From positions 1 to 59,090 of the IMG/VR virus record IMGVR_UViG_3300029309_000035: a stretch of 59,090 bases of DNA. The stretch is one strand, 5' to 3'. This document shows, one piece after another, positions 18,374 through 27,782 of this stretch. The notes below the pieces were generated by a model that did not search any database, was not told the origin of the DNA, and saw nothing but the letters and a program-made list of their open reading frames with translations. Source of the DNA: a virus. Taxonomy: Duplodnaviria; Caudoviricetes. Position 1 is the stretch's first letter; each line of letters starts with the position of its first letter. The position numbers and the translations under genes were made by a program.

Positions 18374-20357
18374 CTATCTCACATGAATTAGCACTACAAG
18401 CAAGAGTTTGAGAGGATTTAGTGTTATCCTCTTGTTCATGTAGTGATAAGTCACTCCAGTTTATTTCATCTGGTTGGTTCTTTTTTAACTTATTATAGGT
18501 ATCGTTGTCAATATCCTCGTACGGTGCTTGTTGATATACATGTCCAAAGTTAGGTAAAAAAGACACACCACTAAGATCATCAAAGTTTGTCCAACACCAA
18601 TCAGCCACACTCAACCACTCATCTTCATTAACCGATATGGTTATACTAGGTTTATGTTCACACCAGTGTTGTGCATATAATAACCAATGATTTAGTTGCT
18701 CAATGGCTGATCGTTGGTGACGAGTAATACAACGGTTTGGGGCTTTCTCAACAAATGAAAAGACAGCCGTTGAATCTGGTTTCATAACACAATCTTCTGT
18801 CGGTATGTTTTGTGTTTGTAGGAATTGTGTTAGTGGATCTTTCTTATCACCTCTCACTCTTCTAATATAATGTTCGTTGTGTCTAGCATGAATACCTGAT
18901 GCGGCATTAACTAATTGTGATACCGTACCAGATGGTTTGACACAAGTAATAGCTGTGGCTTGATTAATACCAAATCGTTTCGCCCACACCTTATTAACCT
19001 CAACAGCTTTTTGTTTCATCTCATCCAACAGTTTAGTTAATCGAGTTATGTTATGAATATCCCCGGCTAATATTTGATGATCCATAATTCCTGTCAACGA
19101 TACCCCAAGAAGTCTTTCTTTTTCTGTAGTATCTTTCCACTGACGACGTAGGTATTTGAAGTTTGTCAGAGTTGCTTGCATCGTACCAAGAATAGTTGCA
19201 GCTTCAACTTTATCAAGTAATTTCTCATCAGTGTCATCTGCACGAACAACAACTTCAGATAGGTTACAAAACTGAAAAGGTCTAAGAATTATTTCTGAAC
19301 ACGGATTAGTTCCAAACTCAAAATCTGCATCACGTCTTTTGTTTCTACCGGCAACTGTCTTTGATGCTTGTCTGTTAAATATACCTCGTTCACCACTACC
19401 CGATTTATATAGAGCTAACCACTCTTCCATAAATGTACCGATGTTATCTGGTTTTGCTTCGTATACAGCTGAGTTATTTGATAAAGCTCTTTGTGCCTCA
19501 ACTCTATACCACTCTCCAGACTTAGCATCTCTCATATCTCTATCATTTAAATCAGATAAACTAATCATAGCTGATCGTCTAACACCACCAACTACAACAA
19601 TCTCACCAACTTTACACACAAGGTCGTGACACTCTAACGAGGTAAGCTTTCTGCCCTTTGCTTTAATAAAGGTTTCTTTTGCAAAGTTGAATAGATCCAC
19701 GAGTGGTGCAGGACCCGAAGCTCTTCCCCCGAAAGTGTGAAGTCGTGCCCCTGAAGGTCGCACGTTAGAAATATCCCACCGGGGGATTTGCCCGGCATAC
19801 AATAATGTAATGACCTCCCGAAATGCTTTTGCCCAACCAAGTTTAGAATCTCTGACCACGACCACAGACTCTGTATCGTGAAAATCGTCAGCCACACTAG
19901 GCAGATGTTCGGTATATTTTTTTTCAACACTGAAACCAACTCCCGTCCCGCACATAAGCACATACAATATTTCATCAAAAGCTTTAGGATGATCTACCGG
20001 TACGTAAGAACAATTATACCCTGCAATGTTTTCTTTTTCCAAGGCAGGACCAGCTGTCATGAGTGCTCTCATAGAGGGCATAACCTCTAAGTTTAAAACT
20101 TTATTTTCAAGATACTCTCTTGTCTTTTTATCTATTTTATATTTACAATTTTTCTCTATTTGTTTTTCAAAGAAATCAAAATAACGGGACACAGTTTCAT
20201 GCCATTCTTCTCTTCTCTTTTCTTCTGGCAGCCACCTAGCATACCTAGACTTATGTATAAACTGTTGATAAACAGTTGGTAATTTTTTATTTAACTTCTT
20301 GTTTCCTTCAACATTTCTTTTGTGTGTTGTTTCATTAAATATAGTTGTAGTCGTCAT
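18363..20357 (-). CDS. nrdJ: class II (adenosylcobalamin-dependent) ribonucleotide reductase
   Basis: MPSMR, GYNC, VGGVRRSA, GTNPCSEI, TCVKPSGT motifs and C-terminal Cys pair; no beta-subunit gene. Confidence 0.9.
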   Translation of the reverse strand: MTTTTIFNETTHKRNVEGNKKLNKKLPTVYQQFIHKSRYARWLPEEKRREEWHETVSRYFDFFEKQIEKNCKYKIDKKTREYLENKVLNLEVMPSMRALMTAGPALEKENIAGYNCSYVPVDHPKAFDEILYVLMCGTGVGFSVEKKYTEHLPSVADDFHDTESVVVVRDSKLGWAKAFREVITLLYAGQIPRWDISNVRPSGARLHTFGGRASGPAPLVDLFNFAKETFIKAKGRKLTSLECHDLVCKVGEIVVVGGVRRSAMISLSDLNDRDMRDAKSGEWYRVEAQRALSNNSAVYEAKPDNIGTFMEEWLALYKSGSGERGIFNRQASKTVAGRNKRRDADFEFGTNPCSEIILRPFQFCNLSEVVVRADDTDEKLLDKVEAATILGTMQATLTNFKYLRRQWKDTTEKERLLGVSLTGIMDHQILAGDIHNITRLTKLLDEMKQKAVEVNKVWAKRFGINQATAITCVKPSGTVSQLVNAASGIHARHNEHYIRRVRGDKKDPLTQFLQTQNIPTEDCVMKPDSTAVFSFVEKAPNRCITRHQRSAIEQLNHWLLYAQHWCEHKPSITISVNEDEWLSVADWCWTNFDDLSGVSFLPNFGHVYQQAPYEDIDNDTYNKLKKNQPDEINWSDLSLHEQEDNTKSSQTLACSANSCEIVDV

Positions 20358-20599
20358 AGTCTCCCTTTCATTTTAAAAATATTTCGTATATGTGTTAGTG
20401 TCATAAATATATTTAATATAATCATAAAGTACAAATTGTTTTTAAGTGACCAAGCCCACCAAAATACTTGCGATACTAGTCCTATCCACGGTGCTCGTGG
20501 CGATTTGTTGCCATAAAAGTAAACAGACACACAGGCACTGATGGCGGCTAATAACTCTAGTATTGGAAAGCTGTCATAAGGTAATAAGTCTAACATCAT
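20354..20599 (-). CDS. small membrane protein (PnuC-like 3TM)
   Basis: three hydrophobic segments; adjacent to the RNR gene. Confidence 0.45.
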   Translation of the reverse strand: MMLDLLPYDSFPILELLAAISACVSVYFYGNKSPRAPWIGLVSQVFWWAWSLKNNLYFMIILNIFMTLTHIRNIFKMKGRL

Positions 20600-21065
20600 T
20601 CACAGGAATATTAAAGAAATATTCTCCCTTTCGTTTAAATTTATTTGGAATCTCAATCACCATATCATCTGTTAGCTGTGAACCCTTAATTTTCCAGGCT
20701 TGTTTAAGATCTTTTCTTAACACATAGAATGTTAAATCATCTTTATCTTTCATCATACTTATTAATCTTTTTTTTCTAAACGGTATGTGTAAAGTTTTCC
20801 AATGAGCTGGCCATTCGTCCACCCACCCATTCTTGACTTCAACCTCATGATAAGATTCAAGTGGCTCACACGTTACAATATCGGCTCCATAGTCTTCTAT
20901 ATCCTCTGCAAGCACACAACCTAAACTAATTAAATAGTTTCTGACAGCTTTCTTAGCTGGTCCATCCCACTTTTCGTATTCGTTTTTTCTAAAGGGTGAC
21001 TTATTGTTTACTATCGTGTTCACTTTTTTTAGTCTCACAGTTGTGTTTAAAATATATATCACCAA
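20574..21065 (-). CDS. PD-(D/E)xK nuclease-like protein (true start probably near 21010)
   Basis: DYGADIV...HEVEVK motif. Confidence 0.5.
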   Translation of the reverse strand: MVIYILNTTVRLKKVNTIVNNKSPFRKNEYEKWDGPAKKAVRNYLISLGCVLAEDIEDYGADIVTCEPLESYHEVEVKNGWVDEWPAHWKTLHIPFRKKRLISMMKDKDDLTFYVLRKDLKQAWKIKGSQLTDDMVIEIPNKFKRKGEYFFNIPVNDVRLITL

Positions 21066-21228
21066 AAATAGTTAAACTTGTGTTATTGGGATCAGGTTTA
21101 GTCTGACCTACGTACTCCCACTCACAATCCATTTTCTTTTTATTGATAGCTTGTTGATGAAAAAAATCTATGTTACTTAGTGTATAAAAGTTCATAGCTA
21201 ATCCAACAATTATTGATACCGGATCCAT
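21001..21228 (-). CDS. hypothetical protein with N-terminal hydrophobic segment
   Basis: 75 aa, in operon, GGAG upstream. Confidence 0.5.
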   Translation of the reverse strand: MDPVSIIVGLAMNFYTLSNIDFFHQQAINKKKMDCEWEYVGQTKPDPNNTSLTIFGDIYFKHNCETKKSEHDSKQ

Positions 21229-21230
21229 AA

Positions 21231-21467
21231 TTATAACTCCTTTTTTAATAGTTCAATGTATCGTTTTAAATACCATTCAGCCTTTTCTAAATCCTCTAAT
21301 CTTTTTCCCTTATAGTTACATCTCCAAATATATTTTATAACTTGCCCTCGTAAGTAACCCCTAAATTCTTCAGGTGTAAGGGTGGCTTCAATCGCATCAA
21401 TACATTCAATACCTTTAGTATTTAATTTATAATGTGGTGGATGATTAACTATATCACTTTCACTCAT
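21231..21467 (-). CDS. DUF3310 (T7 gp1.7 nucleotide kinase-like) protein
   Basis: VNHPPHY, ECIDAI, IKYIWR, EDLEKAEWYL. Confidence 0.85.
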   Translation of the reverse strand: MSESDIVNHPPHYKLNTKGIECIDAIEATLTPEEFRGYLRGQVIKYIWRCNYKGKRLEDLEKAEWYLKRYIELLKKEL

Positions 21468-21866
21468 TTATGTCTCCTCTTTATGTGTCATGTTTAATAA
21501 TACGTTTAATCTTTTTCTTTGGAACTCTGTGTTGTCAGGGTCGTTAATAACTTTAAGAGCAAATGTCCTGACTTGTTGACTATTAAGACCAGCAAGATCA
21601 CAAACATCAATAAACCAAGTAGCAGTAACGCCAACACTTTTACTGAACCATCGTACAGCTTCTTCCCTAACGTGAATAGACTCTTTAGACTCCAATTCAT
21701 TATCGTTACTGGCATCCAACAGAGCTTGATAAATAACAGCACGAAATAATGCTCTTTCATTTTCTCCTTCTTTATTATCATAGCTTGACTCTACTGCTGG
21801 ATCTACCTGTATTCTTGACATATTTGTCATTTTTATTTTGTGTGTGTCTTTCTTTTCTTCTTTCAT
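21468..21866 (-). CDS. hypothetical conserved phage protein
   Basis: LFRAVIYQALLDA...WF..VCDLAG motif. Confidence 0.6.
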   Translation of the reverse strand: MKEEKKDTHKIKMTNMSRIQVDPAVESSYDNKEGENERALFRAVIYQALLDASNDNELESKESIHVREEAVRWFSKSVGVTATWFIDVCDLAGLNSQQVRTFALKVINDPDNTEFQRKRLNVLLNMTHKEET

Positions 21867-22224
21867 GTATCCATTCTATTGGTATATTTTTTTCAGACCA
21901 GAAAAAATTATTCTTGGTTAGCCACTCACCATAAGTTGTTTTACTTCCTTTGTAAAGTTTTACTTTATAATTTTGTAAAACAAAACGAATATCTAATTCT
22001 GGTTTCTGTTCTTTAATATATAAATGTTTAAACCTATCTTGTTTTGTTAGTCTACCTTTTATCTCAATTATGATTCCATTTGGTAGTATAACATCTGGTA
22101 TGTATGTATGATTTGTTTCGGGAATAATATATTTAATTTTAATGGGTTCGTATTTAAATTTAATTTTTTGTTGTATTAATTCACCACACACTTGCTCTTC
22201 AAATTTTGATCTATACTTTGGCAT
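21778..22224 (-). CDS. T7 endonuclease I-like resolvase
   Basis: YRSKFE, Y.PD..L.NGIIIE.KG, HLYIK...PELDIRFV, SKTTY..W. Confidence 0.9.
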   Translation of the reverse strand: MPKYRSKFEEQVCGELIQQKIKFKYEPIKIKYIIPETNHTYIPDVILPNGIIIEIKGRLTKQDRFKHLYIKEQKPELDIRFVLQNYKVKLYKGSKTTYGEWLTKNNFFWSEKNIPIEWIHERRKERHTQNKNDKYVKNTGRSSSRVKL

Positions 22225-23078
22225 TAAGCAAGATCCTCCATAACATTCGGCTGTTTCTTAACTACGGTTAACCATCGAGGACCACTACTGTAAATAAATT
22301 TTCTTAATCCAGAACCATCATTCACATCTTGCCAACAATCAACTTTGAATGCACAATAACTACATTCAACACTTAGCTTACGATTACCAGATGATCCATC
22401 CTCTACATCCTCATAACAACGAGGGGGTTTATTTTCTTTGTCCGATAAATATTTTTTTAAACTAGCTATTCTTTTTTTTATATCGGGATATTCTTTATTA
22501 TCGGGAGTGCACAAAGCTAAAGCTCCACTTTGTTTATCAATAGCTAAGAATGCTAATTTATTATTACCTTGAGCTTCACCATAAGCTTTTATTTGTGCAA
22601 GATAACCAAACGAATCGTTCTCTCTGTTTAAACTGTTTCCTTTAAATTTTTTAAAACCAAAGTTAGAAGCTGACTTAACATCAACTACCCACCCATCTAT
22701 GTTTGCATCTTGATGTCCGGCTATACCATCAAGTGTTAATTGTTTCTGCTCATCAGTTACAGTATGTCCCGACGTACGAGATAGTAACAACAATAGCTCT
22801 TCAAGTATATGACCATATAGAAATTTTATTTTTACATAAGGTGGTAAATGTTCCCGAAGATCTGGTCTATAAAATTCATACCATAATTGACGAGCCGGTT
22901 TACCAAGACTAGACATACGTAACTTACGGGGTTTATCTTTATTATCTTCTGTAAGACAGGTCTTTATAGATTCACATACATTTTTAGAGAACAAATCAAG
23001 ATCACTTTTTGTGGGTTCTTTGTTGTTGTTATCAAAGAGTTTATAAATATCGTCAACAAGAGTTTTTATATCAGCCAT
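22224..23078 (-). CDS. PD-(D/E)xK (Cas4/RecB-like) exonuclease
   Basis: LRMSSLGKP, GHQDA.ID..VVDVKS, GYLAQ, C-terminal CxxC...C. Confidence 0.8.
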   Translation of the reverse strand: MADIKTLVDDIYKLFDNNNKEPTKSDLDLFSKNVCESIKTCLTEDNKDKPRKLRMSSLGKPARQLWYEFYRPDLREHLPPYVKIKFLYGHILEELLLLLSRTSGHTVTDEQKQLTLDGIAGHQDANIDGWVVDVKSASNFGFKKFKGNSLNRENDSFGYLAQIKAYGEAQGNNKLAFLAIDKQSGALALCTPDNKEYPDIKKRIASLKKYLSDKENKPPRCYEDVEDGSSGNRKLSVECSYCAFKVDCWQDVNDGSGLRKFIYSSGPRWLTVVKKQPNVMEDLA

Positions 23079-23128
23079 AAAAAAAAGGTGGCTAGGAAAA
23101 GTGAGTGAATGAGAAAAACCTAGCCACC
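23079..23128 (-). terminator. intrinsic terminator after ssb with an unusual 22-nt loop
   Basis: 10-bp perfect stem GGTGGCTAGG/CCTAGCCACC followed by U8 on the minus strand. Confidence 0.85.
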
Positions 23129-23156
23129 ATTTATTCCCTAGTAAATAATAAAGTTA

Positions 23157-23684
23157 TTAAAAGGGAAGCTCGTCGTCCAAGCTATCTTTATTAACAGCTT
23201 GGCCATTCTTTTGTTGTGGTTTATCATCAGCCGGTGACTCAAACCCACCTTTGACTTTAGGTAAGTCTCCAAGTTCCTCCTTGTACGATACAAGATCTAT
23301 AACTTGCACAGCCTTCAATGCTGAACCCACACCTTTGTTACCGGCAACATCATAATCGTACGTATCAAATAATACATTTACTTTTGATCCGTTACCTATC
23401 AAGGTTGTTTCCGGGATTGGATTCTTTTGAGCATCAACAACTCTAACCGGTGTATTCGTACTACCATCTCTCTTCTTTACTCTTCTCTTGATCTGTATGA
23501 AGTTACCACGATCATCTTCTTTATTCTTAATTCTTTTACCAAGGCCTAACTTTTTTAGTTGTGCCTCAGTTTTAGAATCAACAGCTACGTCAATAGAATA
23601 TATTCCATCCGGATTATAGTCATCAACTGCTGGTTTGTGGACTTTCGCCCAATAAGATATACCACTTATTAAATTAGTTGGCAT
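23157..23684 (-). CDS. ssb: single-stranded DNA-binding protein (T7 gp2.5-like)
   Basis: IGNGSKVNV, L.AVQVIDLV, acidic tail ending DDELPF. Confidence 0.85.
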   Translation of the reverse strand: MPTNLISGISYWAKVHKPAVDDYNPDGIYSIDVAVDSKTEAQLKKLGLGKRIKNKEDDRGNFIQIKRRVKKRDGSTNTPVRVVDAQKNPIPETTLIGNGSKVNVLFDTYDYDVAGNKGVGSALKAVQVIDLVSYKEELGDLPKVKGGFESPADDKPQQKNGQAVNKDSLDDELPF

Positions 23685-23747
23685 AGTTAACTCCTTTTTT
23701 CTTGGTGTCTTTAGTTAGCTAAAGACTATATTAATAATACGATAATT

Positions 23748-23774
23748 AGTATAACATAAGTGTGCAGTTGTCAA
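23748..23774 (-). promoter_or_regulatory. promoter for ssb
   Basis: minus strand TTGACA ... TG-T-TATACT (extended -10; short 15-bp spacer). Confidence 0.5.
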
Positions 23775-23779
23775 CACAC

Positions 23780-25486
23780 CTAGTGAGTATCTTTCCACGT
23801 TTTACCTATGCTATATTCACTGTCCAATGGACATTTAAAATAAAGTTGCTTTTCAGTACATTTCATTGCCTCCTTTGTAATGTTACCAAATTCTTCTGCT
23901 TGTTCTTTAATAACTTCAAACTGAACTTCGTCGTGTATGTTAGCTACCGGTTTTGCCTTTATCTTTTTTTGTTTCATTAAATCAATTATATTTACCAACC
24001 ATTGTTTACAAACAATAGCACCGGCTCCTTGTAACAAAGTATTAAGAGCTGAGTGTTGATTACGAACAATAAGATAACGACCATCAATGGCTTTTACAAT
24101 TCCTTTACGAGCTGATTGATCTACATAATTTCTTAATCGTTTGATAGCTGGGATTGCATCCATAAATTTTTCTCGTAGTTGACGACCTCGTTCAATACCT
24201 CCTCCAACTATCTCTCCAATTTTTTGGTCACCGGCTCCATACAACCACGCATATATAAATGTTTTTGCTGTTGGTCTATCCGGTAGTTCAGCTAGTCGTT
24301 GGTTGTAGCTATGTATATCTCCATGTACTACTTCTTCTGTATACTTCTCATCATTAATGTAATGAGCAAAGCATCTTAGCTCTAATGAACTAGCATCTGA
24401 TCCTACCAAACAATACTTTTCAGGGTCACTAACTGTCCAACAATCTCTACATTCTTTTCCGTAAGGTGAATAACTAGCCGGAACTTGAGCCATGTTTGGA
24501 CTATTATGTGACATTCTATGAGACACACAACCAAGAGTAAAGACTCGTCCATGTACTTTGTTGTCATTACCTACTACATCCAACCAACTTTTTATTTGTG
24601 ATACTCTTTTTTGTAACAGTAAATATTGTGATACCTCTTTAGCTTCTGGATAATCAAGACCACTTAATATCTTTTCATCAACGATTGGTTGTTTTGTTGG
24701 TGTAAACTTACGTGGTTTCCAACCAAGTTCCATGAGTCGTGAAGCTATTTGCTTTCGTGATCCTGGATTAAATACTTCAACCTTACTTTTTAATTCTTTA
24801 CCCGTCTTTTCTGAAATTCTTTTATGAGTTATGGGTGGAAATATCTTTTGTAAGTTATCTTTAATTATGTTTGACTCGTCTTCTAGTTTACCCATAAGAC
24901 CAAAAGCTTTTTTAGTATCCAGATAAAAACCTTCTCTCTCTTGCCAATTAAGTATCATCTTAACTTTATGTTCAAGTCTTACTGACTCGTTACTAAACTT
25001 GGCAATCTGTGGTCGTAAGTGTTGCATCAATCGTCTTGTTAAATCAACATCAGCTTTACAATAGGTAAGCATCTCTTCACAGTAATTCTCAAAACCCTTA
25101 TCATAATCTATCTTACCCTCTCCATCTAATCGTTGACCCCAAGCTTTAAGACTATGCCCTCCGTCTATATGTGGGTTAATCATTTGTGAGATGATGAGAG
25201 TATCAAGTATCTGTGATAGTTTTATCTTTACACCTAAGATTTTGTTAAGAACCGGTGCATCAAACGATATACCATTGTGCATAATATATTTTCGTTCCGG
25301 ATTATCATTTATAAACCCTACTAATTTAGTCGGGATTATTTCACCTACAAACGATAACATCTCTCCGGTATCATAATCTTGCACAACCACACAATGAATT
25401 GTAGTGGCATTAAGATCGTCGGTTTCTATATCAAGGACAACGGTATTAAACTTTGAATCCATTAGTCGGCATATCCTGGAAGTCAT
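23780..25486 (-). CDS. polA: family A DNA polymerase (T7-like) with 3'-5' exonuclease
   Basis: DIET, HNGISFD, DASSLELR, AKTFIYAWLYG, IHDE motifs; true start probably 25462. Confidence 0.95.
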   Translation of the reverse strand: MTSRICRLMDSKFNTVVLDIETDDLNATTIHCVVVQDYDTGEMLSFVGEIIPTKLVGFINDNPERKYIMHNGISFDAPVLNKILGVKIKLSQILDTLIISQMINPHIDGGHSLKAWGQRLDGEGKIDYDKGFENYCEEMLTYCKADVDLTRRLMQHLRPQIAKFSNESVRLEHKVKMILNWQEREGFYLDTKKAFGLMGKLEDESNIIKDNLQKIFPPITHKRISEKTGKELKSKVEVFNPGSRKQIASRLMELGWKPRKFTPTKQPIVDEKILSGLDYPEAKEVSQYLLLQKRVSQIKSWLDVVGNDNKVHGRVFTLGCVSHRMSHNSPNMAQVPASYSPYGKECRDCWTVSDPEKYCLVGSDASSLELRCFAHYINDEKYTEEVVHGDIHSYNQRLAELPDRPTAKTFIYAWLYGAGDQKIGEIVGGGIERGRQLREKFMDAIPAIKRLRNYVDQSARKGIVKAIDGRYLIVRNQHSALNTLLQGAGAIVCKQWLVNIIDLMKQKKIKAKPVANIHDEVQFEVIKEQAEEFGNITKEAMKCTEKQLYFKCPLDSEYSIGKTWKDTH

Positions 25487-27173
25487 CTACGACATTCTTT
25501 TTTCTTTTAGTATTTCTTCTATTGTTGTTACGATTAACCGGTGCATCACACTCTGACATACGACCGGTGTCTTTGTTCCACTTCAACCAACAACAAGGCC
25601 CGGTCTCTCCCGAGAATCTATTTTTAAGAACTCTTATCGTTGTTGTGTTTCGTATATCTTCGTCGTCGTGTTGACCATTTCTTTCTAAACTAAAAACCAT
25701 ATCAGATAGTTGGGCAATACCGGCTGACCCTCTTAGTTGTGATAGACTTACGACGGCTCCCTCCTCGTGACCAGAGTCAGATGTACCTCTTCGTAAATGT
25801 GATACCAACATTAGATGTATCTTTTGTTCTTGCACTAACATTCTCAGTTTAGTCATACATTCATCAATAGCTTTTCGTTCGTCGCCATTCTCCATAGCTG
25901 ATACTACCATTGATAAGTGATCGAGTATTATGTATCGGCAATCAAGACCACTAGCTAGGTACTGAACCTTTGATACTATGTTTGATATTTCTGTTGAACC
26001 AAAGTGATCCCACAATCTAATACGTCCGGTGCCTAGGGTTTGTTCCCACGACAATCTCTTTTCTTCTTTAGTTGATTGGCATGTTGGTAAATGAAAAGGT
26101 TTACAACCATGTACTGACATAATCCCTTTAGCTGTTCGTTCTATTGATTCTTCTAAGAACAAACAACCCACAGATTCTTTAGTGTTTTTAATTATGTGGT
26201 AAGCTAACTCTCTCATGATACTTGACTTACCTATACCCGAACCGGCAGTAAAGGTACATAGTTCTCCAAGTCTCATACCATAAGTCATTTTGTTCATGCC
26301 TTCCCACGGATACGGTAGTGATTTTATTTCATCTTCTTTGCTAACAATATCCCAAGTATCTTCACCAAGAACAATACCATCAGGTGTATAGACTTTTGCA
26401 TTGTACCATCTGTCTATAAACTCTTGTCGTTTATTTTTAAATAGATATTCGTTTGGATCTTTGAGATCCATTTTAACTATGGATACTTTCTGTGGAGGAA
26501 ACAGTTCAGCTATCTCTCGTGCTGATTGTTGACCGGGATCATCCATATCAAAACACAACACAACCTTTTCAAAGCTGTTGATGAACTCATAGTTTCTTTT
26601 ACAATCCATCACTCCCCCTTGAGAACCGGAACGGATACTGACACTTGGAAACTTCTGTCCAAAAATTTCATAGACAGCCATAGCATCACATTCTCCCTCG
26701 GTAATTGTTAGATATTGACCACCTTGCTTAAAGCATTGCTGACCAAACAACATACATTGATTACCTCCATGTCCTTCAAAGTGAAAAGTTTTATCTGTTA
26801 CATTACGAGTCTTTACAGCAATCTGTTTAAACGACTTACGATCAAAGTAAGGATAGTGGTGGTGACTAATCTCTCCGTCTTTGTTTATAGTAGCTGTAAC
26901 TCCGTATCGGTGAGCCGTCTTCTGTGAGATGTTACGATCCGTAAGGGGATGGATATCTCTTTGCCTATCAGCTAGGTTAATGGTTGTTTGTAGTGATGGT
27001 GTATCTTCTATCTCCACAGCTTCTGTCCCTTGTTTCTCAAAGGTGTTGCATACGAAACAGTAGGTTGACCCGTCTTCGTAGATGGCTCGTCCATCACTTG
27101 AACCACAGTTGTTGCACTTACTGTGTCGTAAGAACTTACTTTTGTTAGTTGTTGTTTGTGTCATTGTCGTCAC
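25446..27173 (-). CDS. T7 gp4-like primase-helicase
   Basis: N-terminal Zn finger CNNC...CFVC, TOPRIM ITEGECDA/FDMD, Walker A AGSGIGKS, ILDHL, LRGS, KNRF.G.TG. Confidence 0.95.
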   Translation of the reverse strand: MTTMTQTTTNKSKFLRHSKCNNCGSSDGRAIYEDGSTYCFVCNTFEKQGTEAVEIEDTPSLQTTINLADRQRDIHPLTDRNISQKTAHRYGVTATINKDGEISHHHYPYFDRKSFKQIAVKTRNVTDKTFHFEGHGGNQCMLFGQQCFKQGGQYLTITEGECDAMAVYEIFGQKFPSVSIRSGSQGGVMDCKRNYEFINSFEKVVLCFDMDDPGQQSAREIAELFPPQKVSIVKMDLKDPNEYLFKNKRQEFIDRWYNAKVYTPDGIVLGEDTWDIVSKEDEIKSLPYPWEGMNKMTYGMRLGELCTFTAGSGIGKSSIMRELAYHIIKNTKESVGCLFLEESIERTAKGIMSVHGCKPFHLPTCQSTKEEKRLSWEQTLGTGRIRLWDHFGSTEISNIVSKVQYLASGLDCRYIILDHLSMVVSAMENGDERKAIDECMTKLRMLVQEQKIHLMLVSHLRRGTSDSGHEEGAVVSLSQLRGSAGIAQLSDMVFSLERNGQHDDEDIRNTTTIRVLKNRFSGETGPCCWLKWNKDTGRMSECDAPVNRNNNRRNTKRKKNVVDDFQDMPTNGFKV

Positions 27174-27194
27174 TCCTTTTTTTATTTACGATTC

Positions 27195-27223
27195 GTTATA
27201 TATACTTTTTCGGGGTTCGTCAA
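27195..27223 (-). promoter_or_regulatory. promoter for the replication operon
   Basis: minus strand TTGACG, 17 bp, TATAAC. Confidence 0.6.
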
Positions 27224-27324
27224 GCATCAGATAAAACTTGGGAATAAACATAAGACAAACCCCCGTATTCCACCATTGTATAAGGGGAAGGAAATGGGGT
27301 GGAATAAAAAGTTAGTCAAGGGGG

Positions 27325-27353
27325 TTGTCAGATGTTTAATCCTATGGTAGGAT
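27325..27353 (+). promoter_or_regulatory. rightward promoter facing the AT-rich repeat
   Basis: TTGTCA, 17 bp, TAGGAT with TG extension. Confidence 0.5.
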
Positions 27354-27372
27354 TCGGATAGATTCCGAGGGG

Positions 27373-27492
27373 TAATAGTATTATTAATAATATTATTAAT
27401 AGTATTATTAATAAATAGATTAATAATATTATTACTACTACTATTACTACTACTATTACTACTACTATTAATATTACTATTAATAATATATA
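27373..27492. repeat. AT-rich low-complexity repeat, putative replication origin
   Basis: almost entirely A/T, with (TACTACTACTAT)x3 and TATTATTAATA repeats; intergenic, upstream of the primase. Confidence 0.55.
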
Positions 27493-27539
27493 GACGGTTT
27501 GTGTCTTTTTTAGAAATAGGGGTAGTAGTAATCATTAGT

Positions 27540-27782
27540 TCACTCGGTATCACAAGGTTTCGTTGAGTCAATATGAGCATCAGCAACGGGTTGCTTGGCT
27601 CTAGCTTTACGATAAGATTCCAACTCAACAATGCGATCCTGATAATTACTTGCACCAAAACAGTAGAGTTTCATCTCAGCATTGTCTCTGTCAATACGAT
27701 TGTTTAAGAAATCATCAAGCACTTTCTCAATCATTTCCATGCGTAGCTTGGGGTTCATAGTGTTATCATTATTATCAGCCAT
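27540..27782 (-). CDS. hypothetical protein
   Basis: ORF in the early/middle operon, AGGAG RBS. Confidence 0.55.
   Translation of the reverse strand: MADNNDNTMNPKLRMEMIEKVLDDFLNNRIDRDNAEMKLYCFGASNYQDRIVELESYRKARAKQPVADAHIDSTKPCDTE

Noticed and set aside
27373-27492. Possible CRISPR-like array
   Set aside because: Short tandem low-complexity repeats without unique spacers; no cas operon (the Cas4-like gene is a normal phage exonuclease)
27227-27658. 143-aa minus-strand ORF with N/S/I repeats
   Set aside because: It is a translation of the AT-rich repeat and promoter region, overlaps a better ORF, and has no protein-like composition
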